A stretch of 64,000 bases of DNA. Origin: Eledone cirrhosa. Taxonomy: Eukaryota. The notes under the pieces were generated by a model, which saw only the letters and a program-made list of their open reading frames with translations, searched no databases and had not been told where the DNA came from. Below, piece after piece: positions 1 through 19,808 of this stretch (its first letter is position 1; every line of letters starts with the position of its first letter). The stretch covers positions 100,812,001 through 100,876,000 of the forward strand of contig OZ024741.1 in NCBI GenBank assembly GCA_964016885.1. The letters are read 5' to 3'. Made by a program: the position numbers and the translations under genes.

Positions 1-687
1 AGGTTAATTTTAAGGCCTTTTGATTCTAGGCCATGCTTCCATGTTTGGAATTTCTTCTCTAGTTCGGCCATTGATTCAGCTATGAGCGTTAGATCATCTG
101 CGTATAGGAGTTCCCATGGGCAGCCGGTCTTGAACTCCATTGTTATAGCCTGAAGGGCAATAATAAATAGTAGGGGGCTAAGAACGGACCCTGATGAACA
201 CCAACTTTTACGCTAAACTCTTCACTATATTCGTTGTTAATTCTCACAAGCCATTCATCAACACCTAGTTTTCTAAGAACCCACCAGATAATGGAACGGG
301 GGACTCTGTCGAAGGCTTTCTCCAAGTCGTCAAAAGCTAAGTATAGGGGTTTACTTTTAGCTAGGTACTTCTCCTGTAGTTGTCGTACAATGAAAAGAGC
401 GTCTGTGGTACTTTTACCTGACACAAACCCGAACTGCATTTCATCTAGATCAATTCTCTCTCTGATTAGTTGCGCTATTACTTTTTCTGTGACCTTCATG
501 ACCTGGTCGATTAATTTAATGCCTCTATAGTTACTCTTAACTAGGGCATCTCCTTTACCCTTGTAACAGTGAATGATGATGCTGCAACGCCAGTACTTCG
601 GAACAACCCCACTCTGTATGACTTTGTTTTCTATCCGGGTGACCATGGTGTGTCCCACCGTTCCAGAAGCTTTCAGCATTTCAGAAG
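1..687 (-). mobile_element. RTE-clade LINE reverse transcriptase fragment (degenerate)
   Basis: ORF 143-679 has YKGKGD..NYRGIKL, QFGF..GKSTTDA, DLEKAFDRVPR and GVHQG. LLYADDL follows in another frame near 91-111. There is an internal deletion and a frameshift. Confidence 0.9.
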
Positions 688-756
<69 letters not shown>

Positions 757-1098
757 TAGATATACAGATATATATTTATATACATACAGATATACATATA
801 TATATATACAGATATACATATATATATATACAGATATACATATATATATATACAGATATACATATATATAGATATATATATATATATATATATACAGATA
901 TACATATATATATATATACAGATATACATATATATATATATATATATACAGATATACATATATATATATACATATACAGATATACATATATATATATACA
1001 TATACAGATATACATATATATATATACATACAGATATACATATATATATATATATATATACAGATATACATATATATATATACATACAGATATACATA

Positions 1099-1154
<56 letters not shown>

Positions 1155-1307
1155 TATACATACATATATATATATATATATATACAGATATACATATATA
1201 TATATATACATACAGATATACATATATATATATATATACATACAGATATACATATATATATATATACATACATATATATATATATACATACATACATATA
1301 TATATAT

Positions 1308-1347
<40 letters not shown>
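688..1347. repeat. Compound (TA)n/TACA/CAGA microsatellite
   Basis: Seen directly. Confidence 0.98.
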
Positions 1348-1351
<4 letters not shown>

Positions 1352-1419
1352 GTCCCACCCTTGCAAGCAGGGAAAAGCAGACGTAAAATAAAATGATGAT
1401 GATGATGAAAAGTCTAAAG

Positions 1420-1690
1420 TCTGTCTTAAGCCAAAAGACTCATTTGGTCGGTGCTTATCCCAGTTTCATGGCATGAAGCGACTGAGAGTACAAGACTCCC
1501 CCCTGGACAAGATGCCAGTCCATCGCAGGGTTAAACCTCCAGCTATTGCTGGTACTGATTTTCAGCTGAGTATACTGGAGCAACGTGAAATGAAGTGTTT
1601 TGTTCAAGAACACAACACGCAACCCAGGAATTGAGCCCACGACATTATGATCGTAATCCCAACACCCTTACCACTAGGCCACGTGCCTCC
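1420..1690 (-). mobile_element. tRNA-derived SINE (family 1)
   Basis: Reverse complement starts ggaggcacgtggcctagtggtaag (A-box), then gggctcaattcc (B-box-like) and a central cttga.caaaacacttcatttcacgttgctccag block. Homologous to 29822-30102. Confidence 0.85.
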
Positions 1691-1733
1691 ACATATATAG
1701 ATATACACACACACACACACATATATATATATC

Positions 1734-1999
1734 ATAAATGTAATCTGAGTTTTTTTAATATTAATAATAACATTCGATTTGTTTGCAATTATGCAAACAA
1801 ACCTCAATTTTATAGCCATGTCAGTAGAATGAACACTTCATTCTTGCTTTTGTGTTAGCATGGGAACAGAACTGCAGACACAAAAGCAACAATGAAGTGT
1901 TCATTCTACTGACATGACTATAAAATTGAGGTTTGTTTGCATAATTGCAAACGAATCGAATGTTATTATTAATATTCGAAAAACTAAGATTACATTTAT
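1734..1999. repeat. Fold-back inverted repeat, ~122-bp arms, 22-bp loop
   Basis: 1734-1855 is the near-perfect reverse complement of 1878-1999. Confidence 0.95.
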
Positions 2000-2078
2000 T
2001 GTATTCAGCCATGTAGAGCGAAAATTTCTTTTTTATATGTATACCTATCTATCTCTATATATATATATATAGATAGAT

Positions 2079-4077
2079 TTCTTTATTTACCATAAAGGCA
2101 TAAAAAGAAGGGACAAATACAAAGGGGGAGTTTACATATAATCGAGTAAAAAGGGTGTAACATGAAAATAATCGAAAATAACCTCAAAAGGGAGGGGACG
2201 TGATGGGGGTTGCACACACCCCCGAAAAAGTGTGCAATCCTTTGCCCGGGGAGCACATGGAGAAGGTGCTCCCCTCTCCTTTACTTCTTTACCTACAGGA
2301 TGGTATACAGAGAAGGCCCATTTACACGAGCCATTCTCGCTACTATCACCCACCTTTCATAAAACTGCCTGTGGCCAATCACCTCTCTCTCCATTCTTAT
2401 CCTTCTTCCGAAGTGATATCGGAAGAAGTAGACCAGACTATGGCCAGAGAGGAAGTTGCCTGACCTCAGACCTTTCAATCGTGTCCACCAAACAACCTCT
2501 TTCAACATGGCTATTACGCACAGAAAAACCGCCTTTGCTTCCTTTGTGAAGAGGGGAGGCGGTTTGATTGTCATCACGGACTCGGCGGTCAATTTAATCG
2601 GCGCCACCCGCGACAGCAGTTGTTCGGCGTAGCCCCACAGATCAGCCACGCCTGGACATTGCACCAATGCGTGCGCTACGGTTTCTTCGTGACGCACGCA
2701 TCTAGGGCAAATCTTTTTTGAGGGATCCCTGCCCGGGCGCCCGTGTCTGTAGAGCCTCTCTCGAACGGGTAGAGCCCCTCGGTAGCACTGCCAGGCCAGT
2801 GACTTCTGGAAGTTGTCCATTGGTCCTGGGCCGAAAGTCCTACCGAACAGGCTAGCCAGTTCGTCTTCTTCCATGTCCAGCGACTCTCCAAGGGTGTCAT
2901 CGCCCCTGCTAGCCACCAGCCCTCTATAGAATGATGAGGTGGATTCTCCACCGATGGCCTGGCCCGCTTGCCAGAGAGCCCTGAGCGCCTGAGCACACTC
3001 AGTGTGCCAGTCTCCCAGTTTTCCGGATCTTTGCTTGACCCAGGACTGTAGCTCGGTGAGTGAGACGAGTCTCGGAAAGGCTCGTTTCACGAACGGAGCC
3101 CACACCGGTTGACCAGTGAGGAATACCTGTAGGTGCCGTAGCCTTAATGCGTGCCTACGCATCATCAACCACGGCATCCCCAGCCCTCCTTTCGAAGGTT
3201 GTTGGCAGCAGATGGATCTTCTCACCATAGGAGGACGCTTCTTCCAAAGAAATTGGAAGAGCATGCGTTCCATGGTGGTGAGTGTTTCCTTAGGGCAAGG
3301 CACGACAGTCAGGCGGTAGTAAGTGACGGACGCTATGTAAATGTTCGCCACCTCCGCCCGGCCTTTTAGGGACAGCTTACACTTGGCCCATTTCTGGGTT
3401 AGTGCAAACACCTTGTTCGTAACCTCGTTCCAGTTCTTTTCCACCTGGAGGTCCGGTCCAAACCAGACCCCAAGCAACTTTACCGGGCCCTCCGTCCAGT
3501 GTCCGACGACACCGTCAGGAGGCATCGGTTTGCCTCTCCACGTTCCGAGTTGCAGCCCGATGGATGTTTCCCGGTTCTGTTTCGCTCCTGACAACCTTTC
3601 GTACTCCTCCAGTAAGGTACCGATCGCCTCGATCTCCGAGTCGGTCGATACCATTACTGTTACGTCATCGGCGTAGGCCGACACCGCTTTGCTCAATCCT
3701 GGTTCCAGGGGGATACCCTGCAACAACTCCAACTTCCTCAGTAAAGGCTCGAGAGTCAATACGTACAGAAGGGAGGAGAGAGAGCACCCCTGTCGAATGG
3801 ATCGTGTGATTTCGAACGGCTTCGAAAGGTAGCCGTTCACCTTGATCCTAGAACAGATGTGGTTGCTATGTAGGGCAGTGATCCAGCCTCTGAAAACAGG
3901 ACCGAACCCAGCCGCCGCTAGCACCGCATCCAGGTAACCATGGTCGACCCTATCGAAGGCCTTAGACTGATACAAGTTGATCAGGGCCCCACCGAAGCCA
4001 GGTTTGTTGCCAACCCTCTCTATGATGTATCGCATGAGGTGGAGGTTATCGTGAATGGACCTGGATGGGATAGCACA
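2079..4077 (-). mobile_element. 5'-truncated L1/Tx1-like LINE (RT C-terminal part, zinc knuckle, 3' UTR)
   Basis: Uninterrupted frame 4077-2293 with [27 protein letters not shown] and [15 protein letters not shown]. Flanked by the direct repeat atagatagat (2069-2078, 4078-4087). Confidence 0.92.
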
Positions 4078-4087
4078 ATAGATAGAT

Positions 4088-6049
<1,962 letters not shown>

Positions 6050-6292
6050 ATGTAAGTATGCATGTATACGTACATACATATATGTATACAGACGTACAGT
6101 AGCATGCACATATATATATATATATATACACATACATATGCATACAGGTACACATACATATATGCACGTATCAGTTTAGCGGCGCTTATTATAACGTCGC
6201 TTTGTTCGTTTGTAAACAAACTGAACAGCCTGAATTTATGCCATACGGTGTTAAGGCAACCACGTCACCTTTTTGTTCAACACTGACACAGG

Positions 6293-6337
6293 AACGATGT
6301 ACTAGTTTCAAGCTTGTTAGCTATCATCAGCACCGTT
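6293..6337 (-). ncRNA. Minimal type I hammerhead ribozyme
   Basis: Minus strand reads aacggtg CTGATGA t-agct-aaca-agct-t GAAA ctag TA catcgtt: 7-bp stem I, intact core, palindromic stem III, UA cleavage site. Confidence 0.88.
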
Positions 6338-6370
6338 TACCCATCTGCCAGATAGTTGAACGTTCGAAAG

Positions 6371-6418
6371 TATATACTTTCCTTATGAAAATTAACGGCT
6401 GAGCAGCCTAATTTGCAT
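6371..6418 (-). promoter_or_regulatory. Candidate octamer + TATA promoter module upstream of the hammerhead
   Basis: ATGCAAAT (6418-6411), 34 bp, TATATA (6376-6371). Same spacing at 34811 and 58339. Confidence 0.5.
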
Positions 6419-6655
6419 ATTGAGTGAGTTAAATCGGTCAGGCATACCGAAAACGATAAATTGAAACAAAATGAAAACGAAATTTCATTTCTGACTCTTA
6501 GTATGGCACTTACTTAAATGTAAGTATGCATGTATACATACATACATATATGTATACAGACGTACAGTAGCATGCACATATATATATATATACACATACA
6601 CATGCATACAGGTACACATACATATATGCACGTATCAGTTTAGCGGCGCTTATTA

Positions 6656-6702
<47 letters not shown>

Positions 6703-6703
6703 C

Positions 6704-6812
<109 letters not shown>

Positions 6813-6945
6813 CATACATATATATATACATACATATATATACATATATACATACATATATATATACATACATATATATATACATACATATATATATACA
6901 TACATATATATATATATATATATACATACATACATATATATATAT

Positions 6946-6976
<31 letters not shown>

Positions 6977-6977
6977 C

Positions 6978-7577
6978 ATGGTGGCTGCCAACTCGTTTTC
7001 GAGTACGGCCACTACTTTATATCCATGTAGGAGAACCCCTACCGAAGCGCTGAACGAGTGTGACTTTTTAGTCCAGCCAGCGACTTGAAAACTCTGGTAC
7101 AAACACTACACTTGTGACAATTATTGACACATAGTGCTGGGCCCATGGTACCATGTGACGACAAGTGCAGAGAGATCTCCAGATATAAAGCAATGCCTGT
7201 GCCGTGAAGCTTTTATAGTGAGCAAAGGCACTGCACAAAGCCAGTCCCACTCTCTTAACCAAGATGATATTTACCAAAAAGAAGAACAAGTCAACATCAT
7301 TGGCTACCATCAGGGTTGCAGGTGTTATATCAGAGTTTTCCTTCTCCTAGAATTCTGCCTTGACAAAGGCTAAGGGGTCATCTCTCCCGGTGATTTTGGA
7401 TGGCCATTGACTCTTAAAAGCTCCTTTGCCCTTTGACAGGTTTTGTTTTTAGTCCTGCAGGATGTCCAAAGTCACCCTCCTCACCAAGAAACCTTGGTGG
7501 GGTTGCCAGTTTAGTCGCCAACGACCCGACCATGAGACAGGTTGTACTGGGATACATGTTACCAGTAGCACCAACTG
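6978..7577 (-). mobile_element. Probable RTE-type LINE 5' UTR fragment
   Basis: Minus strand contains tctaggagaaggaaaactctgat, which I recognise from RTE 5' regions. It is a GC-richer island between (TA)n tracts. Confidence 0.5.
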
Positions 7578-10311
<2,734 letters not shown>

Positions 10312-10439
10312 AATATAAGATCAAAAGATGGTTAAAGGAGTTCCATATATTTTATTATTATTATTATCAAACTGTAGAGTGCTTCTTATCCGATATCTGC
10401 ATTGCTTTATTGTACTACAATAAAACTCACCTCCTACAT

Positions 10440-11054
<615 letters not shown>

Positions 11055-12566
11055 AATTCCTTCACCTATTTTGGCTCCACTTCCACCTCTTTTAAAGCTC
11101 GTCTCTATAATCACCATTCATCTTTCAAATACAAACTTAAAAGAACCAACACGGCTCTCTCAGAACTCATATGGTCCTTGAAAGACAAAAACATTAAATA
11201 TACCATCTTTTGGAAGAAGGTTTCTTCTGCATCCTCATACTTGAACAGCTCTCTATCTAAAATCTGTAATCTCTGCCTAAATGAAAAATTTACCATTATC
11301 TCTAATCTAGATTCTATAATAAATAGACGTACAGATTTGTTTTCTATCTGCCTGCATAAATTCCATAGGACTTTTCACAAAGTATACAGTTAATATTCAA
11401 TTCTTTATCAATTTAGAATCTTTTCTCAAAGGCACATATACATACACCTCTTTAAAATATACCCATCTTCCTACCTTACTTTAAAGGGCATTATACACTC
11501 TATAATACCTGTTTACTCATTACCCTCTTTCTATCTTCACCTTGTAAAATCCTTCATAACATATACATTTGTTTTTTTGACGTTAGAATATTCATCCGCA
11601 ATTATTATTATTTTTTCTCTCTATCATAAAACTTTTTAATCTCAATTTCATCCTTAATTTATTATTTTTTTTCTCCCCATCAACGAACTCATTCTTAATA
11701 CATATTAACTCGTTCTTCGCACATATTATCAATTCCTTCAATATACAAACTTTAACTTCACATTATTTTTCTCAAATCCTTCTACACACAAACCTTAATA
11801 ATTTTTTCTCTTCGTTAATTTTGAAATTGCCACAATACTTATCAACATACACCTTTTTGACGTTAGAATATTCATCCACAATTATTATTTTTTTCTCTCT
11901 ATCTTCATACATAAACTCCCTCTCTTTCCACGCAAATATTTTTCCCTTCGTTAATTTTCAAATTCTTTTAATTTATACATTATCTTCCAACGGTTCTCAA
12001 CCTCTCTATGTAAAACAATATATCTTTTCTCAGTTATAAAAACTATCTCTTTCTCTCTATCACCCATCTCTCCCTCTCCACCTTCACTCTCATCTCCTCC
12101 CCCTTTTTTCATCCTTTCCACCCCCCCTCCCTAAATAAAATATTTTTTCCTCGTACATATCTTTCCCTTCGTTAATTTTCAAATTCTTTTAATTTATACA
12201 TTATCTTCCAACGGTTTTCAACCTCTCTATGTAAAACAATATATCTTCTCTCAGTTATAAAAACTATCTCTTTCTCTCTATCACCCATCTCTCCCTCTCA
12301 TCTCCTCCCCTTTTTCATCCTTTCCACCCCCCCCCCCCCGCTCTCTAAATAAAATATTTTTCCCAATATCACACATCAATCTAAAACCACTTTTCATATG
12401 TTGATTTAAAACTGCACTATCCACAAGTGTTTTTTAGCCTTCATATCATGTTCTCCTGTTTTATCTGATGAAAACACAAATATTATTGCATGATGATGTT
12501 TGTTTTTGAAATGCGCATAATAAAATACATGGAACTCCTTTAACCATCTTTTGATCTTATATTATA
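11055..12566 (+). mobile_element. 5'-truncated Penelope-like element: GIY-YIG endonuclease C-terminus, 3' UTR and hammerhead
   Basis: Frame to 11393 reads [53 protein letters not shown], resembling Hydra-clade PLE endonucleases. The UTR has an internal duplication (~11940-12150 / 12160-12362) and an HHR near the 3' end. Flanked by (TA)n. Confidence 0.85.
12457..12529 (+). ncRNA. Type I hammerhead ribozyme (PLE-associated)
   Basis: tgttttat CTGATGA (12465-71) aaacacaaat...gtttgttttt GAAA (12508-11) tgcgca TA ataaaataca. Confidence 0.82.
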
Positions 12567-12573
12567 TATATAC

Positions 12574-12710
<137 letters not shown>

Positions 12711-12725
12711 CATATACATATATAC

Positions 12726-12805
<80 letters not shown>

Positions 12806-12806
12806 C

Positions 12807-12919
12807 TTGAGCTCAGCCGTCGGGGTCTTACTTGTTCCTATTACCCACTGTACTACTCTAAGTATTGAGTACTTTGGTGCGTTATGGTCCACCTGGTTCC
12901 TTACCACATTTCCTTCGTT
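12807..12919 (+). mobile_element. Short (TA)n-embedded repeat, family B (truncated)
   Basis: gagctcagccgtcggggtc...ctaagtattgagtact..ggtgc...cttaccaca, shared with 26180, 32378, 59076, 60209 and 60911. Confidence 0.8.
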
Positions 12920-14629
<1,710 letters not shown>

Positions 14630-14985
14630 GGGCAATTATATACACAATATATTTCTTATAACTGAATCAAAAAAGAATGGATGGTGCTAAGACTAAATAT
14701 GGCTCTATCAACATAGACATGCAAAGAAATAGATGTAAGGAAGAGCATCCAGCTATAGAAACCATGTCAAAAAATGGAATATATGAACAAGGTGAGGTTC
14801 TCCAACCCATCCAGTCCCAAATTGTGGCAACCTGTCCACCTAATGCCAACATGGAGATCAGATGTGAAATGATGATTACATCACCACCATTATCAATATT
14901 TTACATCCTTTATACATATGCTGGCAGAGGATATTTTAGCGCCATGGTTGTATACTGAAATAGCTGCTAGTGGCTATATACTTAC

Positions 14986-15152
14986 CGTAAATGAATAAGA
15001 TATCGCAGATAAGAATGCTCATCGCTAGTTGGATCGACAGGCATATACATTGTTCTTTGACGCATGAATGTCTGAGAGTTCGATGGCATATCTTGCAGGT
15101 CATACATCACCACAAACATTTTCACCACCGTCTTGTTTGGATTAAATAGTGT
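14986..15152 (-). CDS. ATOSA: Atos/FAM214A homolog, exon 9 of 9 visible
   Basis: TLFNPNKTVVKMFVVMYDLQDMPSNSQTFMRQRT...LRYLIHLR matches the conserved FAM214 C-terminal domain. Boundaries cag| and |gtaag; 167 nt; phase 0 to 2. Confidence 0.95.
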
Positions 15153-15209
15153 CTGCAAATTAAATGGAGCAAAAAGTAAATCAATAAATTCTATAACAAT
15201 AATGATAAT

Positions 15210-15580
15210 AATAATTTCGGATATAGGTACAAGGACAACAATTTGTGGGGAGAGGCAAGTTGATAAATACAACTCCAGTGCATTACTGGTACTTTATTTT
15301 ATCAATCCCATAAGGATGAAAGGCAAAGCTACACTAGCAGGATTTGAACTCAGAATGTAAAGAGCTGGTAAAATGCTGCAATATACCACCCTCAACAAGC
15401 AACAATAATTTTTCTACTTTTGGTACAAGGCCAGCAATTACTGGTGCTTTATTTTATCGACCCGGTAAGGATGAAAGGCAAAGTTAACCTCGGCAGATTT
15501 GAACTCAGAACGTAAAGGGCCATAACTCTATGCTGCAAAGCATAGTTTCTGACGCTCTACTGATACTACCAAATCACCAT
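15210..15580 (-). mobile_element. Two SINE family 2 copies
   Basis: ggtactttattttatc..ccc.taaggatgaaaggcaaag..aacctcggc.gatttgaactcag occurs twice. Confidence 0.8.
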
Positions 15581-16687
15581 ATCCATTATGTTACTTATTT
15601 ACCATATCTCTCTCTTCCTCTCTCACACACCTCAATATAGAGGCAAAGTGTCCAAGAGAATATACCACTGGACTACAAAATGAACACAAAATCTGTTTAT
15701 TTTTGGTTCATCTATTACATTCTATTTCTCTCCACTGCTTTAGTTTCCCTGGCTGTAAGGGAGCAATACAGAGCAGGGTTTTCTGGGAAAATACTTGTAA
15801 CAGCCCAGACAGAGTCCTATCTAGGAAAGATATATAATTGTTAGCTAATTATCTCTGTGCTGTGAAGAATCATAGGTTATTAGTTACTGTGTATGGCTCA
15901 TTAGTTTAATTCTCAGTGGATCATAGTGACCTTGAGCAAGACACTTCATTTCATGTTTTAGTCCACTTAGTTAGCAAAAATGAGTTGTACCTTGTCATGC
16001 TGTCTTATGCTGAATCTCCCTGAGAACTACATTAAGGGTGTACATATCTGTGGAATGCTCAGTTACTTGTACATTAATTTCACAAGCAGATTGTTCAATT
16101 GACTGAACAACTAGATCACTTGTTATCAGAAACATTGAAGATCTAACAACTCATCTCAGTGGAACTTACAATGCAACACTGACTCAATGAGTAAGTGGCT
16201 GAGCATTCCACAAACATATGTACCTTTAACCTAATTCTCAGGAAGATTCTGCATGACATAATTTGTGACAAGGCTGGTCCCTTGAATTACAAGTACAACT
16301 CATTTTTGCCAGCTGAGTGAACTGGAGCAATGTGAAATAAAGGGAAATAAAGTGTCTTGCTTAAGGATACAATACACTACCTCACAACCTTACAATCATG
16401 AACTCTTAACCCATGTGTCTTCACAGTGGAGCTTATTGATTCGTGAAAGAATTAAGAAAGACTCACACACAATCTAGCCTGAAATAGTTTTATATGAACA
16501 AGACATGGTCACCCGACCCAACTTACCTCTAATGGGACAACCCGTCTAACCCATGTTAGAATGGAAAATGGATGTTAAACGATGATGATGACAATCAATC
16601 ATAACTGAAAACATCACGTGTCGTGTGATTGATTTTAAGGTTTAAGATAAGCAAAAATTATTTAAATAATTAAATATTTCTACTTAC

Positions 16688-16756
16688 AACTTGGACGGTT
16701 CCAACTTTTGGTACATGATATCCTTTTTTGGAATAAGATTCTAAATTTATGTGCCC
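16688..16756 (-). CDS. ATOSA: Atos/FAM214A homolog, exon 8
   Basis: GHINLESYSKKGYHVPKVGTVQV; 69 nt; cag| and |gtaag; phase 0-0. Confidence 0.92.
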
Positions 16757-17040
16757 CTGCAGAGAAAATAACAATTTTGAAAAGATGTAAAAATAAAATC
16801 AAACAAAATGTAATCTAAATATTAACAAATAAATGAAAGAAGCCAGAAAAAAAAAGCTTGCAGGCTTTCTTCCTTCCTAGCTCAAGCCAGTGGGTCTGGA
16901 CTGAGGTGACAGTAAATGGCCAGACAGCATAATGATCTTCCCATTCTGTGATAAAGCCCCCACCCCTAATCTGGGATACTACATGCAATGACACCTTTTC
17001 AAGCAGCAACCTGGCACATTCAGTGAGTAACTCAGGCTTC

Positions 17041-17105
17041 ACTGAGAAGATTGATCACTGAGAAGATTGATCACTGAGAAGATTGATCACTGAGAAGATT
17101 GATCA
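17041..17105. repeat. 16-bp tandem repeat x4
   Basis: (actgagaagattgatc)4. Confidence 0.9.
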
Positions 17106-17479
17106 AGACGAAGATTGCAAGCTGCCAAAGTATCAGTCACTCTCCAATGGGGTTTTGATTGAATTGTAACAAAGGAGACTTCCAGTATTCTTGGTCCCTG
17201 GACCACCTCCTATCAGGACATAGTTGGCCACCCATAGGAGAAAGCTCCATGAGTTGGAATCGCTATTCCAATACATCTCCCTTGTCACACTCCAGGACAA
17301 TGCTTTCTCTGTTCTGTCTGCTGGGACTACAAGGCAGCCTGTATATGGGTTTCCACACACCAGAGAACACACCCCCACACCATCCAGGCCCTCATTGCTG
17401 GGGTAGTTTTGAAACCAATGGTAACCAACAATAATTCTATTTATGCACAAAGTTGTAATAAAACACAATACCAAGTAAA

Positions 17480-17529
<50 letters not shown>

Positions 17530-17687
17530 GATAACAAGTTATCGTTATAGGTAATCCAGTTAGAGGTTGTGAGTACTCTGCGTTGTGGATAGTTTTAATG
17601 TACGGCTTTGTTTGACTCAACAAGATGTTTCCATAGTTAGGTAGCGAGTTCACAGTAATTCCTATGCAGGTTATACTTGGAGTAATA

Positions 17688-18020
17688 ATAGTGAAAGAAT
17701 GAAGAGTAACATGGTTGGCTGTACAATAAGGGGCTCTATTACAAGTACTGACAATTGTTTCATTGATCAGGTGAGTCTAGAGGTCGCTAATCGCTTGAAG
17801 TTGCATCACTCGATCTCCAATACATTATTTACCTCTGATCAACACATCAGAGTACGTAGATATATATCTACATACCCTGATGTGTTGATCAGAGGTAAAT
17901 AATGCAACTTCAAGCGCTTAGCGACCTCTAGACTCACCTGATCAATGAAACAATTGTCAGTACTTGTAATAGAGCCCCTTATTGTACAGCCAACCATGTT
18001 ACTCTTCATTCTTTCACTAT
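17688..18020. repeat. Fold-back palindrome made of two divergent hammerhead-like modules
   Basis: Arms are reverse-complementary around agatatatatct. The left arm has a ~19-bp extra segment. Confidence 0.95.
17745..17855 (-). ncRNA. Variant type I hammerhead (CUGAUGU core, long stem II)
   Basis: gtact CTGATGT gttgatcag...ctgatcaat GAAA caattg TC agtac. Mirror copy on + at 17872-17963. Confidence 0.65.
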
Positions 18021-18469
18021 GGAAATTCTCTGAATTTCCAATCTTTGTAAATGGAAACCGCCGGTGATAGCATTATGAACAGGTAGATATTTAAATCATT
18101 TTTTAATTTATTTAAAGGATTGTTTAATGTTTGTTAGTTCTGCTCGTCAATTTTTATATATATAAATATATATATGTGTGTGTGTGTGTGTGTGCATATG
18201 TATGTATGTATGTATATTTATATATTTATATATATATAATATATGTCTGTGTGTGTGTGTTATATGTTACTTAGTGAAGGGAGGAGAGACAATATGTTCT
18301 CTGCTTCATCCTCCCAGATCTTTGCAACTGATTGTCAGCCTGAACATCTGTAAACCAATGTTTACTGGAGAAATAAGCACTAATGGTGTGTTGGTGAATG
18401 AAGTGTCTGATGTGAATAACTAGGACAGAATGAAGGGCACTAATGGTAAACAAACACCAGGTGGAGGTC

Positions 18470-18777
18470 ATGCTGATAGTGGTGGTGGGGTGGTGGTTAG
18501 AGGTGACAATGGTGGTGGTTGTGGAGATGGTGTTGTTGTGGAATGTGTTGTTGTTTTTAGGGGGTGTGCCGGTGATAGGAGGTAGTAATGTTGGTGGTGG
18601 TGGTTGTGGTTGTGATGTTGGTGTTGGTGGTAGCACTATTGTTGTTGATCATGGACATGGTGGTAGTGGTTGGTGGTGGCAATGGTGATAGAGGTATGTT
18701 GGTAATGTTAGTGGTGGTGGTGATGGTGGTTGTGGTGGTGGTGGGGATGGTGGTGATAGTGATGACAACAACAGCAG

Positions 18778-18810
<33 letters not shown>

Positions 18811-18830
18811 TTGAGGTAGTAGTGGTGATA
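18470..18830. repeat. (GGT/GTT)n low-complexity tract
   Basis: Seen directly. Confidence 0.85.
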
Positions 18831-19649
18831 AACCAGGTGGCATGTTAGGCCAAAAATTAATTTAATAAAACAACAGCAGAAGTGCTATAAAAATTGACAA
18901 GAGGTTTGTTATTTTTCAATACTGAGTTGTTGTTGTGTATCCCAGTGATGGTGATCCTGTGACAAGCTAGTCAGATATGACATGTCATGTTTTTAGATGA
19001 CATGCAATTGACTTTGAAAAAGTAATTGAAATTAAAGTAACTTTTTTTAAAATTTTGTTTAACAATGGTCAGTGTTGGTGATCTACACAATAAATGCACC
19101 CAGTACACTCTGTAAAGTGGTTGGTGATAGCAAGGGTATCCAGCCATAGAAAATCTGCCAAAAAACGGATTGGCAAGACTGTTCAAGTGTGTCAAAGACA
19201 TGACATGACACTCTCCTTGGTGTTTGGTGATTTACACACTAAACACAGCCAGTACACTCTGTAAAGTGATTGCAGATAGGAAGAGCGTCCAGCTGTAAAA
19301 GATCTGGCAAACAAAAGGTCAGAAGGACTCTTCAACTGTGTCAAAAACATGACAACTTTCCTATTGTTAGTTAAGGACTTTCCAGTTGCATTAAAAACAT
19401 GACAACCTCGCTAGTGTTGGTGCAATACATGATAAAGTCACCCAGTACACTCTGCAAACTGGTTGGTGATAGGGAGGGCTTCAAGGACTTTTCCATTATC
19501 TCAAAATATGACAACCTCCCTAATGCTATTGCCACAATTAAATGCACTCAGTATAGTGCAGGAACATATGTAAGCCAAAAACTAAGTCATAGAAAAAAAC
19601 CCCAAAAAAACAGTATAGATGAATAATAATTAATATTTTTTTTACTCAC

Positions 19650-19808
19650 CAAATAGGGGGAAGGTGCATTGTCATCAGAAAGACTGAAGAAATATGAGGT
19701 TACTGGCAAACAGATGTGTTTTGGACAGAATGTTCCACTGGCACCAATCTCTGCAACAAATCCTTCCACTACACCACTTGGCTCAATACGACCATTTAAA
19801 ATAGATTC
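19650..19808 (-). CDS. ATOSA: Atos/FAM214A homolog, exon 7 (DUF4210 region)
   Basis: ESILNGRIEPSGVVEGFVAEIGASGTFCPKHICLPVTSYFFSLSDDNAPSPYL; 159 nt; cag| and |gtgag. Confidence 0.95.

Larger units (their letters stand above)
6050..6655 (-). mobile_element. Terminally redundant hammerhead-bearing element (retrozyme/pLTR-like), 468-bp period
   Basis: Direct repeats 6050-6191 and 6518-6655 enclose a hammerhead at 6293-6337. Flanked by (TA)n. Confidence 0.75.

Noticed and set aside
14667-14958. Candidate terminal Atos exon
   Set aside because: The acceptor near 14955 gives only IQPWR-stop, with no similarity to the conserved C-terminus.
18271-18848. Pro/Thr- or Val-rich ORFs
   Set aside because: They are translations of (GGT)n low-complexity sequence.
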